A stretch of 64,000 bases of DNA, taken from positions 352,001 to 416,000 of the forward strand of contig JAULAX010000018.1 of assembly GCA_032654565.1 (NCBI GenBank), read 5' to 3'. The notes beneath the pieces are model-generated. The model made no database searches. It was not told the DNA's origin and worked only from the letters and a program-made list of their open reading frames with translations. Each line of letters opens with the position of its first letter. Within the stretch, counting starts at the first letter, position 1. The position numbers and the translations under genes are program-made. This document shows positions 28,333 through 40,470 of the stretch, piece by piece. The stretch comes from Anaeromyxobacteraceae bacterium. Lineage in GTDB: Bacteria; Myxococcota; Myxococcia; Myxococcales; Anaeromyxobacteraceae.

Positions 28333-29854
28333 CGACCGAATGCTCGGGGATGCTGAACGGGGTCCCGTGCCACTCGGGGAGCATGTTGTCGTCGGTGATG
28401 ATCCTCGCCCCCGGCTCCGGGTTGTAGACACGAAAGCGCAGTTCGGAGAGGGTGACCAGCCCCGCCCGCCCCTCCGGTCGGGCCTGGTCGACCACCGGCC
28501 GCCCGTCGATCCGGGCCGCGGCCACGACGCGGGCGAAGCCGGGCCCGTCCCACTGGAGGGGGGCGTCGCTGGCGGCGAAGAAGGTGCCTACCTGGATTCC
28601 GTTGGTGAAGACCGAAAGCGCGGTCTCACGGGCCGGCACGTAGAAGGTGGTGTTGAAGAAGTAGAGTCCGCCGGCCTCGAGGTGGGCGCGAACCAGCTCC
28701 ACGAACTCACGTGAGAGGAGGTTGGTGGCGTGGCCTCGCCAATGGAGGGTCACGTTGGCAACGATCACGTCGAAGCGGCGCTCCGGGTGACGCGAGAGCC
28801 AGCGCCGCGCATCGTCCACCACGAGTTCGACCGAAGGGTTCGAGAGCAGGCTGGCCACCTCCGGCCGATCGCGGATGAGCTCCACATATCCGGGGTTGAT
28901 GTCGACGGCGGTCAGTCGCTCCACCCCGGGCAGATGGGATAGCACTTGCGCCCAGGAACCAGATCCGAGCCCGATCAGGAGGATCCTCCGCGGCGCAGGG
29001 TGGAGGACCCCCACGGCGTACGCGCGGTAGATGCCGTTCCGGTCGTTGAGCGGATCGGTGGAGAAGACGCCGTCGTAGGCGCCTCCGCCGTAGAGCGTGC
29101 CCTCCGAGGTGACTGCGATGACGCCGTGGCGGTTCTCGACGACGCGGGAGAAGCTGCGGCCCACGTCCTCGCGCTTCCACTGGAGCCTCTCCCAGAGCCG
29201 ATCGAGGAGACGGGGCGCCGCCATCGCGCAGCCGGCGGTGGCCAGGAGGGCCGCGACGGCCGTACCGACCTGCACGCCCCGGCGAAACCCGCCCGCCGCC
29301 ACCACTGCGAACACCAGCGCGAACCCGGCGGCGGCCAGGAGAACCGAGACCGCCGGTGTGTGGGCGACGTCGAGCAGGACGTATCCGGTCACGGCGCTTC
29401 CGAGGGCCGAGCCTACGATGTCGGCGAGGTAGAGGTGGGAGAGCCGGAGGCCGGCCTCCTCGCCCGGCGCAATGGCGAAGTGCGCTGCGAGCGGAAGCAC
29501 GGCCCCGAGCAGGCCCGCCGCGACACCGAGCAGGGGCAGGGCGGCGGCCCAGTGGAGGCGCACCGCGGCCTCCGCGATCGTCGGGATGACCAGGAAGGCG
29601 GCGATTGTCGCGACGGCGACGAAGGCGGCCACAAGGCCGGCCTCGCGGCGGCCCGGTGACGGCCGGCGCACGCACAAGGCACGGGCGGCGAAGGATGCGC
29701 CGGCGACACCGAGCAGGTAGGCGCCGAGGAGCGCGCCGAAGATCCAGGGCGCGCCGCCGGTTACATAGGACAGGGCCCGGAACCAGAGCACCTCGTAGGC
29801 GAGCCCCACGAAGCCAGCGAGCCCTGCCAGCACAAGGGAGGCCCGGAATCTCAT
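28313..29854 (-). CDS. Membrane-bound spermidine-synthase-like SAM methyltransferase (fused MFS-like/SpeE-like)
   Basis: [12 protein letters not shown] module; [22 protein letters not shown] and FDVIV motifs. Confidence 0.8.
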   Translation of the reverse strand: MRFRASLVLAGLAGFVGLAYEVLWFRALSYVTGGAPWIFGALLGAYLLGVAGASFAARALCVRRPSPGRREAGLVAAFVAVATIAAFLVIPTIAEAAVRLHWAAALPLLGVAAGLLGAVLPLAAHFAIAPGEEAGLRLSHLYLADIVGSALGSAVTGYVLLDVAHTPAVSVLLAAAGFALVFAVVAAGGFRRGVQVGTAVAALLATAGCAMAAPRLLDRLWERLQWKREDVGRSFSRVVENRHGVIAVTSEGTLYGGGAYDGVFSTDPLNDRNGIYRAYAVGVLHPAPRRILLIGLGSGSWAQVLSHLPGVERLTAVDINPGYVELIRDRPEVASLLSNPSVELVVDDARRWLSRHPERRFDVIVANVTLHWRGHATNLLSREFVELVRAHLEAGGLYFFNTTFYVPARETALSVFTNGIQVGTFFAASDAPLQWDGPGFARVVAAARIDGRPVVDQARPEGRAGLVTLSELRFRVYNPEPGARIITDDNMLPEWHGTPFSIPEHSVVIRGRP

Positions 29855-30444
29855 GCCTTCCTCGGTGACCTGCGCCAGAGCACGAGGGCCGCCAGGGCCA
29901 CGGCGAGATTTCCGACCGCAGCGACGAGAACCGAGCCCGCCTGCCCGAAGGTGCCGAGCAACGCGAAGGCCGCGACGAAGGCCGCCGCGGCGGAGCCCAG
30001 GGTGTTGACCGCGTACAGCGTGGAGACCGCGCGCCCGACATTGCTCCAGCGGCGCACCAGGTGGGTGGTGAGCAGCGGGAGTGTTGCGCCCATGCACAGG
30101 GTGGGCACGAGCAGGAGGGATAGGATCACCAGGGCGATCGCTGGGAGCGGCCAGCCCAGGGTCGCGCGACCGACGGCCTGGACCAGGGCCAGTGAGCCCA
30201 ACCCGAAGAGGCCGATGATCATCTCGGCTCCTGCGAAGAGCAGGATGGGCTCGATACGGCGGTGGCGGGAGAGCGCGCCGCCGGCCAGGCTGCCGAGCCC
30301 AAGACCGAGCATGAACACGGTCACGATCAGGGTGACCGATTCGCTGTTGATTCCGAACAGGGCGAAGAGCGCCCGCTGCCACACCACCTGGTAGACGAGC
30401 GCGGAGAAGCCGGAGAGGAAGAAGATGGCGAGGAGCGCGGGCAT
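29851..30444 (-). CDS. Stand-alone N-terminal membrane module of the SpeE-like family
   Basis: FFLSGFSALVYQVVWQR, FMLGLGLGS, PTLCMGATLP and LYAVNTLGS motifs; ATGA overlap with the downstream gene. Confidence 0.8.
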   Translation of the reverse strand: MPALLAIFFLSGFSALVYQVVWQRALFALFGINSESVTLIVTVFMLGLGLGSLAGGALSRHRRIEPILLFAGAEMIIGLFGLGSLALVQAVGRATLGWPLPAIALVILSLLLVPTLCMGATLPLLTTHLVRRWSNVGRAVSTLYAVNTLGSAAAAFVAAFALLGTFGQAGSVLVAAVGNLAVALAALVLWRRSPRKA

Positions 30445-30516
30445 GCGGCCGGATGGTACCGCTTGTCGCGCTGGCGTGGAACGCGAACCACCGGCCCCGG
30501 GGCCGCCGCGACGGCC

Positions 30517-32217
30517 TCAGGCGGCGTGCACGTACCTGAACCAGACCAGCCCGTCGACGAAGGCGTCGCCGGTCGGCCGGTTCCAGCGCTGCGGCTCGGT
30601 CTTCCAGCGGGCCTCCAGCGCGGCCGCCAGCGCCCGAGCCTCGTCGAGATACCGGGCCCGCTCCGCCGCGGCGCCTGCGGGTTCGAGCGGCGCCTCGCAG
30701 CCAGGCCAGGGGGCGTGCCCCGCCGCCGCCGCCATCAGCGCGTCGGCGTCGAAGGTGAGGGGGACCGGGTCGGGCGGCTCGCCGCCGAGGTGGTGCCAGA
30801 CCCCGTCGCGCCAGCCCAGACGGTAGAGCGGCACGAAGGCCTCGCCGTGGTCGGCGATGAACTCCACGGCGGCCAGCAGGAACTCCACCTCGTCGGGGGT
30901 GGCATACCAGGGGAGCGAGAGCCGCACCCAGCCCGGCTTGAGCGCCAGCGTGCCGTCGGCGATGGCCTTGCGGTGCAGGGCGCTGCGCGCCTGGCCGACC
31001 CCGAGCAGCTTGTGGCCGTAAGGTCCGGCGCAGCCGCAGCCGGCCCGGTTCTGGATGCCGAAGAGGTGGTCGAGCAGCACCGAGGCCAGGTCGTGGTGCA
31101 GCCCCTCGACGTTGAAGGAGAGGATGGGCAGGCGCGGGCCGTCCGGGCCGTAGAGGGTGAGGCGCGGGTGGCGGCGCAGCCGCGCCACCGCCGCGGCCCC
31201 GAGGGCGAGGTCGTGGGCCAGGATCCGCTCGGCCCCGGCCGCCGCCTTGACCTGGAAGGCCAGCCCGGCGCGCAGGTCGCCGAGCAGGTCCGGGGTGCCG
31301 CCCTCCTCGCGCTCGGCCAGGTGCGAGGTGTAGTCGACCGAGAGCCGCTCGAAGGCGGCCACGTAGTCGACGGTGCCGCCGCCCGGCCGCTCCGGCACCC
31401 GCGAGCGGAAGAGGTCGCGGTGGGCCACCAGCACCCCCGAGCCCTCGCAGCCGCCCATGAACTTGTGGGTGGAGACGACCAGGGCGTCGAGCCGGGCCGC
31501 CGGATCGGCCGGGTGCATGTCGATGGGGACGTAGGGGGCGGCGGCGGCGTAGTCGGCGCAGGCCAGGAAGCCGTGGGCGTGGAGGATGCGGGCCACGGCG
31601 GCGACGTCGGTGAGGGCGCCGGTGACGTTGGAGGCGGCCGAGAAGGCGCCGATCTTGAGCGGGCGGTCGGCGAAGGCGCGGGCCCGGGCCTCGAGGTCGG
31701 CGAGGTCGAGCCGGCCGTCGGGGCCGAAGGTCACCTCGACCACCTCGGCGACGCTCTCGATCCAGGGCAGCTCGTTGGAGTGGTGCTCGTAGGGGGTGAC
31801 CAGCACCACCGGCCGCTCCCCGGCCGGGATGCGCCCGGCGAGGCGGTAGCGCCGCTCCAGCGGCTCGTCGATGCGCAGCCCGAGCAGCCCCACCAGCTTG
31901 TTGATGGCGGCGGTGGCGCCGCTGCCGGTGAAGAGGACCACGTCGTCGGGGCCGGCGTGGACGGCGGCGGCGATGCTGGCGCGGGACGCCTCGCGCAGCC
32001 GGGTCATGACCCGGCCGGTGGTGGAGATGGCGGTGTGGGTGTTGGCGTAGAGCGAGCGGACCCCGGCCAGCGACGCCTCGACGAAGTCCAGCGACCGGCC
32101 GGTGGCGGTCTGGTCGGCGTAGGTGAGCAGGCGGCGGCCGAACGGGGTGGCCACCACGGCGCGGCGCCCGGCCTCGGCGCGCCGCAGCCGCGCCGTCACC
32201 TCGTCGAAGGGGAGCAT
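30517..32217 (-). CDS. Class V PLP-dependent aminotransferase (cysteine desulfurase-like)
   Basis: [33 protein letters not shown] and EEGGTP motifs. Confidence 0.88.
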   Translation of the reverse strand: MLPFDEVTARLRRAEAGRRAVVATPFGRRLLTYADQTATGRSLDFVEASLAGVRSLYANTHTAISTTGRVMTRLREASRASIAAAVHAGPDDVVLFTGSGATAAINKLVGLLGLRIDEPLERRYRLAGRIPAGERPVVLVTPYEHHSNELPWIESVAEVVEVTFGPDGRLDLADLEARARAFADRPLKIGAFSAASNVTGALTDVAAVARILHAHGFLACADYAAAAPYVPIDMHPADPAARLDALVVSTHKFMGGCEGSGVLVAHRDLFRSRVPERPGGGTVDYVAAFERLSVDYTSHLAEREEGGTPDLLGDLRAGLAFQVKAAAGAERILAHDLALGAAAVARLRRHPRLTLYGPDGPRLPILSFNVEGLHHDLASVLLDHLFGIQNRAGCGCAGPYGHKLLGVGQARSALHRKAIADGTLALKPGWVRLSLPWYATPDEVEFLLAAVEFIADHGEAFVPLYRLGWRDGVWHHLGGEPPDPVPLTFDADALMAAAAGHAPWPGCEAPLEPAGAAAERARYLDEARALAAALEARWKTEPQRWNRPTGDAFVDGLVWFRYVHAA

Positions 32218-32378
32218 GGCGCCTTGTATCCAAGCGCGCGGGTGCCCACAAGCGATACCGGGTGCCGCGCCCGCCACCCGAAAGGTGCCGGCGCGCTCCC
32301 GGACGGCCGTCGCGCCGGCGCCCCGGCGGTGGTAGATCTCGCCGACGCGGCCGCCTCCCGCCGCAGCCAGGAGATATC

Positions 32379-34808
<2,430 letters not shown>

Positions 34809-34877
34809 GCCGCGGGTGAACCGGGGCGGCCGGCGACGGGCCCCGCGTCCCGCCCGCCGTCCCCGCGGCCCCGGCGG

Positions 34878-35669
34878 TCAGCGGGCCGCGACGCGGGCGT
34901 AATAGCGGTGCGCCCCGCGGGCGCTCGGCAGCGGCGTGAGGCCGAGCCGGGCCAGGTCCCAGCCTGGCGCGCCGTCCTTCACCACCACCCAGCGGCGCGC
35001 CACCCGCCGCGCCTCGGCCACCGCCTCGGGGCCCAGCGGCCGGGCGTCGGCCAGGGCGCGCACCAGCTCGAAGCCCCCGGGCTGGGCCCGGGCGTGGCGG
35101 AACATGGGGTCGAAGGCCACCACGTCGAAGCTGCGCGAGGGCAGGGCGGTGAGCGCCGCCAGGTGCTCCCCGGCCCGCACCTCGACGCGCCGGGCCGGCT
35201 CCACCTCGAGCCGCGCCAGCCCCTCGGCCACCCAGGCGGCCAGCACCGGCGAGCCCTCCAGCGCCACCACCCGGCCGTCCGGGCCGCAGGCCGCGGCCGC
35301 CACCAGGGCGTCGGCGCCCAGGCCGAGCGTGGCGTCGAGCACCAGGTCGCCGGGGCGCAGGTCGGCCGCCTCCAGGAAGGGATCGCGGTCGGTGGGCGAG
35401 ACCGGCCGGCCGGCCAGCCGGGACACCGTCCGGCGCAGGCGCAGCAGCCCCATGCCGGGGGACCAGCGCTGGCTGGCGGTGCCGGTGGCGAGGATGGCGG
35501 CGGAGGCGGAGAGGACCAGCGCCGCCTCGGCGCCGGCGCCGGCCAGGGTGGCCTGGAGCGGGCCGTGGCCGCGGGGCGCGAAGGGGAGCCGGTGGCGGAG
35601 CGCCGCGGCGCGGGCGCCCTGCTCCTCCTCCGACGTCGGCCGCAGCGGGGTGGTGACGACGACGCGCAC
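34878..35669 (-). CDS. Class I SAM-dependent methyltransferase, RsmJ/YhiQ-like
   Basis: VLDATLGLGADA and FDVVAFDPMF motifs. Confidence 0.75.
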   Translation of the reverse strand: MRVVVTTPLRPTSEEEQGARAAALRHRLPFAPRGHGPLQATLAGAGAEAALVLSASAAILATGTASQRWSPGMGLLRLRRTVSRLAGRPVSPTDRDPFLEAADLRPGDLVLDATLGLGADALVAAAACGPDGRVVALEGSPVLAAWVAEGLARLEVEPARRVEVRAGEHLAALTALPSRSFDVVAFDPMFRHARAQPGGFELVRALADARPLGPEAVAEARRVARRWVVVKDGAPGWDLARLGLTPLPSARGAHRYYARVAAR

Positions 35670-35791
35670 GGCGGCAACGTGCCCCGCGCCGCAGCGCGGC
35701 GCAAGTGTGCCCGGGGCCGCTGGCGCCGAGGTGTGGAAATCTCCCGGGACGGGTTCCCGGACGGGCCGTGGTGGTGAGATGCTGGGGCGGG

Positions 35792-37243
35792 ATGGACCGC
35801 AAGCTCCGCCGAAAGATCGTGGGACGCCTGCTCGCCGTGACGGTGGCCCTCGCGGCCGTCGCCGGAGGCGCCGCCTTCTTCCTGGAGCGGCGGGCCATCG
35901 ACGACCGCATCCTCCTGCTGGCCCTGGGCGAGACCGAGGGGCTGGCGGCCCACGTCGAGGGGCTGGCGACCTCCGGGCCGGCCGAGCTGGAGCAGGCCCG
36001 CGCCGACCTCACCGCCCACGTGCTGGCCGAGCACATCACCGAGGGCCACTTCGTGGTCATCGAGATCTACGACCTGGCCCACCGCAAGCTGGTCGAGGCC
36101 ATGCACCCGGCCTACGCCGAGGTGGAGCGGGAGGTGGACGCCAGGCACCACGTGGAGCGGCCCGGGGAGCGGCTGGTCCACACCTGGCTCTCCATCGGCG
36201 GGGTCTCCTACGTCCAGGTCTTCGCCCCGCTCAAGGCCGGCCCCCGGACCCTGGCCTACTTCGAGGGGACCTTCCGCGTCGACCCCGACGCCATGCGGAG
36301 GATGGACCGCGAGCTGGCCTGGTCGGTGCTGCTGGTGGTGCTGGTGGTCTTCGCCACCGCGGCGGTCCTCTCCCCCATCCTGCTTCGCCTCAACGGCGAC
36401 CTGCTCCGCGCCAACGACGACCTGCTGCGGCTCTCCGGTGACCTGGCCCACGCCAACATGGGGATGCTCGCCGCGCTGGGGAGCGCCGTGGCCCGCCGCG
36501 ACCGGGGCACCGGCGCCCACAACTACCGCGTCACCATCTACGCCATCCACCTGGCCGAGGCGCTCCGGCTCCCCGACGACACCATCCGCGGGATCATCAA
36601 GGGCGCCTTCCTCCACGACATCGGCAAGCTCGGCGTCGCCGACGCCATCCTCCGCAAGCCCACCCAGCTCACCCCCGAGGAGCGCGACCTCATGAAGGCG
36701 CACGTCCGCTACGGGGTCCAGATCCTCGGCAAGTTCGAGTGGCTGCACGACGCCCTCGACGTGGTCCGCTGCCACCACGAGCGGGTGGACGGCTCCGGCT
36801 ACCCGGCCGGGCTCCGGGGCGCGCAGATCCCCGTCGCCGCGCGCGTCTTCATGGTGGTCGACGTCTTCGACGCCCTCACCTCCCGCCGCTCCTACAAGGC
36901 CCCCGCCTCCCTGGAGGAGACCATGGGGATCCTCGAGGAGGGGCGGGGCCGCAGCTTCGACCCGGAGGTGCTCGAGGCCTTCGCCGGGCTGGCGCCCGAG
37001 CTCCACCGCACCGTCTCGGGGGCGGACGAGCGCCAGCTGGCCAGGGCCCTGGACCGGCTGCTGGCGAGGTACTTCCCGGCGCCGGGCGGCGGCGCCGGCG
37101 GACGGGGGCCGCCCGGGCTCTCCCCGGAGTCGGCGGTCGGCGAGACCGACCTCGACTACCTGAGCGGCTCCTGGGTGCTGGAGCGGGCACCCGAGGAGTC
37201 GGAGCGGGGCCGGGACCCCTCCCCGGACCCCTTCCAGGCGTAG
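35792..37243 (+). CDS. Membrane-anchored HD-GYP phosphodiesterase (paralog 1)
   Basis: Two TM helices flanking a periplasmic domain; LHDIGK, HHERVDGSGYP and DVFDAL motifs. Confidence 0.92.
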   Translation: MDRKLRRKIVGRLLAVTVALAAVAGGAAFFLERRAIDDRILLLALGETEGLAAHVEGLATSGPAELEQARADLTAHVLAEHITEGHFVVIEIYDLAHRKLVEAMHPAYAEVEREVDARHHVERPGERLVHTWLSIGGVSYVQVFAPLKAGPRTLAYFEGTFRVDPDAMRRMDRELAWSVLLVVLVVFATAAVLSPILLRLNGDLLRANDDLLRLSGDLAHANMGMLAALGSAVARRDRGTGAHNYRVTIYAIHLAEALRLPDDTIRGIIKGAFLHDIGKLGVADAILRKPTQLTPEERDLMKAHVRYGVQILGKFEWLHDALDVVRCHHERVDGSGYPAGLRGAQIPVAARVFMVVDVFDALTSRRSYKAPASLEETMGILEEGRGRSFDPEVLEAFAGLAPELHRTVSGADERQLARALDRLLARYFPAPGGGAGGRGPPGLSPESAVGETDLDYLSGSWVLERAPEESERGRDPSPDPFQA

Positions 37244-37315
37244 CCGGGGACCCGCCGCCGACCGCCCGAGCCAGTCCAGGTGGCCGTGGGCCGGGCCGGG
37301 CGCTACCTTTCCACG

Positions 37316-38713
37316 GTGACCACCCCCCACGAGGCCGCGGCGCTGCCCGCGCCCCCCCCGCCCGGCCTGGCCGCCCTGCTCGCGCTGGCCTGGCCCATCG
37401 TGGTCTCGCGCTCGGCCCAGGTGGTGGTGGGGGTCTCCGACGCCGTCATGGTGGCCCACCTCGGCGCCACGGCGCTGGCCGCCACCACCACCGGCGCCAT
37501 GAACGTCTTCTCCCTGCTCATCCTGCCCATGGGCGTGGTCTTCATCGTCTCCTCCTTCGCCTCACAGCTCTTCGGCATGGGCGATCCGGCCGGGGCCCGG
37601 CGCTACGGCTGGTACGGCCTCGGGGTGGCGGCGGTCACCCAGCTGGCCGGGGTGGCGGTGCTCCCGGCGGTGGGCAGCCTGCTCGGCCTGCTCGACCTCG
37701 CCCCCGACGTCCGCGCCCTGATGGTCGACTACCTGGTGATCCGGCTCTGGTCGGGCGGCGCCGCGGTCGGCCTCGAGGCGCTCGGCAACTACTACGGCGG
37801 GCTGGGGAACACCCGCCGCCCCATGCAGGCGCAGGTGGGCGCCATGGGTCTCAACGTGGCCGGCAACTGGCTGCTCATCGACGGCCACCTGGGACTGCCG
37901 GCCATGGGCGTGGCCGGCGCCGCCCTGGCCTCCACGGTCTCCACCTGGATCGCCTTCCTCGGGCTGCTGGCGGCCTTCTGGCTGGAGCGGCGGGCGCTCC
38001 CCCGCGGCCGCGCCCCCCTGCGGCTCGCCGAGCTGCGGCGCATGCTCCGCTTCGGCCTCCCCTCCGGCCTCAACTGGTTCTTCGAGTTCTACGCCTTCAA
38101 CTTCTTCGTCACCGTCATCGTGGCCGGGCTCGGCACCACCACGCTGGCGGCGCTCATGGCGGTCCTCCAGGTCAACTCGGTCGCCTTCATGCCCTCCTTC
38201 GGCATCGCCAGCGCCGGCGCCATCCTGGTCGGCCAGGCCATCGGCGCCGGGAGGAAGGACCAGGTCCCGGCGCTGGTGGGGCTGACCTTCCGGGTCTGCG
38301 CCGGCTGGCAGGTGCTGGTCGGGCTCATCTACGTCCTCGATCCGGCGCTGGTCTTCGCCCCGTTCGCCGTCGATCCGGTGACCGGGCCGGCCCTGCTCGC
38401 CAGCGGGCAGCGCATGCTGGTGCTCTCCACCGCCTGGCTCCTCTTCGACGCGGCCGCGGCGGTGCTGGCCGAGTCGCTCCGCGCCGCCGGCGACACCGCC
38501 TTCACCCTCTGGGCCCGGCTGCTCATCGCCTGGGGGCTGTTCGTCCCCGGAGCCTGGATCTCGGTGCGGGTGCTGGGGGGCGGCGACCTGGTGGCGGTCG
38601 GCTGGCTGGTCGTCTACCTGGCGGTCCTGGCGTTGGCGCTCTGGCTCCGCTTCCGCGGCGGGGCCTGGCGGCGGCTCACCCTGGTGGAGCCGGCGCTGGA
38701 GGTGGCGGGGTAG
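37316..38713 (+). CDS. MATE family efflux transporter
   Basis: LAWPI..D.VMVAHLG, FGLPSG and LVGQAIGAG motifs; start approximate. Confidence 0.9.
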   Translation: MTTPHEAAALPAPPPPGLAALLALAWPIVVSRSAQVVVGVSDAVMVAHLGATALAATTTGAMNVFSLLILPMGVVFIVSSFASQLFGMGDPAGARRYGWYGLGVAAVTQLAGVAVLPAVGSLLGLLDLAPDVRALMVDYLVIRLWSGGAAVGLEALGNYYGGLGNTRRPMQAQVGAMGLNVAGNWLLIDGHLGLPAMGVAGAALASTVSTWIAFLGLLAAFWLERRALPRGRAPLRLAELRRMLRFGLPSGLNWFFEFYAFNFFVTVIVAGLGTTTLAALMAVLQVNSVAFMPSFGIASAGAILVGQAIGAGRKDQVPALVGLTFRVCAGWQVLVGLIYVLDPALVFAPFAVDPVTGPALLASGQRMLVLSTAWLLFDAAAAVLAESLRAAGDTAFTLWARLLIAWGLFVPGAWISVRVLGGGDLVAVGWLVVYLAVLALALWLRFRGGAWRRLTLVEPALEVAG

Positions 38714-40238
38714 GTATGGCCCCGGCGCCGCCGGGCTCCTCCAGCGAGAAGACCACCGCCGAGGCGTCGCGGTAGACCTCGCGGGACGGGGGGCGCTGCA
38801 GCTCGACGTAGGGGGCGGCCCGGCTGGCCCGCAGCACCAGGTAGCGCGCCCCGAAGGCCCGGGACAGGGTGCGGGGGTCGAGCGGGATCTCGCGGCGCCG
38901 GGTCCGCTCCAGCAGGCGCGCCCGGGGCTCGTCGAAGCGGATGGCGTAGGTGGGATCGAGCCCCCACAGGAAGTGCTGCCGTGGCGCCGAGTAGAACAGG
39001 TCGGGGAAGTCGTCCCAGTAGAGGTTGATGACCGTCTCGCCGGGGGCCAGGTGGCCGGCCATCCAGGCCCCGGCCCCGTCGAAGAAGCGGGCCGGCGCCG
39101 CCCGGGTCTGGTAGACGCGGTAGAACTTCAGGGCGTGGGCGTGGAAGCCGGCCAGCAGTCCGAGCGCGGCCATCGCGCCGGCCCAGCGGCGCCAGCGGGC
39201 CCGGCCGAACCAGGCCGCCAGGGTGGGCTCCCCACGGGCCAGGTCGCGCGCCACCAGCCCCGCGGCCAGCGCCAGCAGCAGCACCAGGTACTCGACGAAC
39301 CGGGCCGAGGCGGTGGTCATGCCGGCCCAGAAGAGGCAGGCGGCCGCCGCCCCCAGCGCCTCGGCCGAGAGGCGCCGCCAGCGGACCACCACCACCAGCC
39401 CCAGCGCCGCGCCGCCGAGCAGGAGCAGCGGGTAGATGTCGAAGAAGACCGGGAGCGGGTAGGGGTAGATCTCATTGCCCAGCTCGAAGCCGGAGGAGCC
39501 GACCCCGGCCAGGCCGATGCGGAGGATCTGCAGGTAGGTGAAGACGGTCTCCAGCGTCAGCGGAGCGTACGGGTGGATCACCAGCCCCAGCGCCGCGCCG
39601 GTCCCGGAGGCCAGCACCGAGCGCCAGTCGAGCCCGCCCTTGCCGAGCCAGGCGCCGGCGGCGAAGGGGATGGCGGTGAGCACCAGCACGAAGGGGACCG
39701 TGTAGCACCAGGCGTAGACGAACCCGAGCAGCAGCAGGGCACGCCAGCGCCGCCGCAGCAGCAGGTGCAGCCCCAGCGTCAGCAGCAGCATGCTGAGTAC
39801 GTGCGAGCGGATCATGCCGAGCCGGGCCAGGAAGAGGCCGCCGGCGGCCAGCGGCAGGGCGGCGAACCAGGTCGGCCAGGGGACGCCGTGGGCGCGCAGC
39901 ACCAGCAGCAGGGCGCCGATGACCAGCGCCGCCAGCAGCACCGAGAAGATCCGCGCGCCGAGGATGGGCTCGGGGCCGAGCTGCGCCAGCGGGGCCATGG
40001 CCACGTGGTAGAGCACCTCCTTGTCGCAGTAACCGTCCTTCCAGGTGCTGAGCTGGGTCCAGGGGAAGTGGCGTGACAGGCCGCGCTCCGGCATGAGCTG
40101 GGCGAGCCGGGCGTGGTAGTAGCCGTCGCGCTCGAAGAGGCCGTCCTGCAGGGCGGCGGTGGCGCCGTAGAGGCCGAGCACGTAGAGGAGCAGCGCCGCC
40201 GGAGCCATGGCGCGGGCGAGGCGGGCGAGGGTCCTCAT
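38676..40238 (-). CDS. Polytopic membrane protein, possibly a GT-C-fold glycosyltransferase
   Basis: Many TM helices; acidic loop DGYYH after TM1; C-terminal soluble WDDFPDLFY..GLDPTY; start uncertain. Confidence 0.55.
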   Translation of the reverse strand: MRTLARLARAMAPAALLLYVLGLYGATAALQDGLFERDGYYHARLAQLMPERGLSRHFPWTQLSTWKDGYCDKEVLYHVAMAPLAQLGPEPILGARIFSVLLAALVIGALLLVLRAHGVPWPTWFAALPLAAGGLFLARLGMIRSHVLSMLLLTLGLHLLLRRRWRALLLLGFVYAWCYTVPFVLVLTAIPFAAGAWLGKGGLDWRSVLASGTGAALGLVIHPYAPLTLETVFTYLQILRIGLAGVGSSGFELGNEIYPYPLPVFFDIYPLLLLGGAALGLVVVVRWRRLSAEALGAAAACLFWAGMTTASARFVEYLVLLLALAAGLVARDLARGEPTLAAWFGRARWRRWAGAMAALGLLAGFHAHALKFYRVYQTRAAPARFFDGAGAWMAGHLAPGETVINLYWDDFPDLFYSAPRQHFLWGLDPTYAIRFDEPRARLLERTRRREIPLDPRTLSRAFGARYLVLRASRAAPYVELQRPPSREVYRDASAVVFSLEEPGGAGAIPTPPPPAPAPPG

Positions 40239-40470
40239 GGCGGGCGCGGGCGGCGGCCGTTCCGGCACGACCGGGAGCATGGCCGGCAGCATAGCCGGGG
40301 TCGGGCCGGCGGTGGCCCGCGGATCGACCCGGTTCGGGGGGGGCCCCACCGGGGCCAAGCCGCCGGAACTCCTCGAGGTAAATTACTCTGGGTTGGAGCC
40401 GGGCGACCGGCTAGATTGGCCGGGTCGTCCAGGCCGGGGTGGGAGTCCAGGGAGCGAGATGCCAGGCACG

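Noticed and set aside
40380..40470. c-di-GMP riboswitch upstream of HD-GYP paralog 2
   Set aside because: A hairpin exists (GGGCGACC..GGTCGTCC) but the GEMM consensus elements are absent
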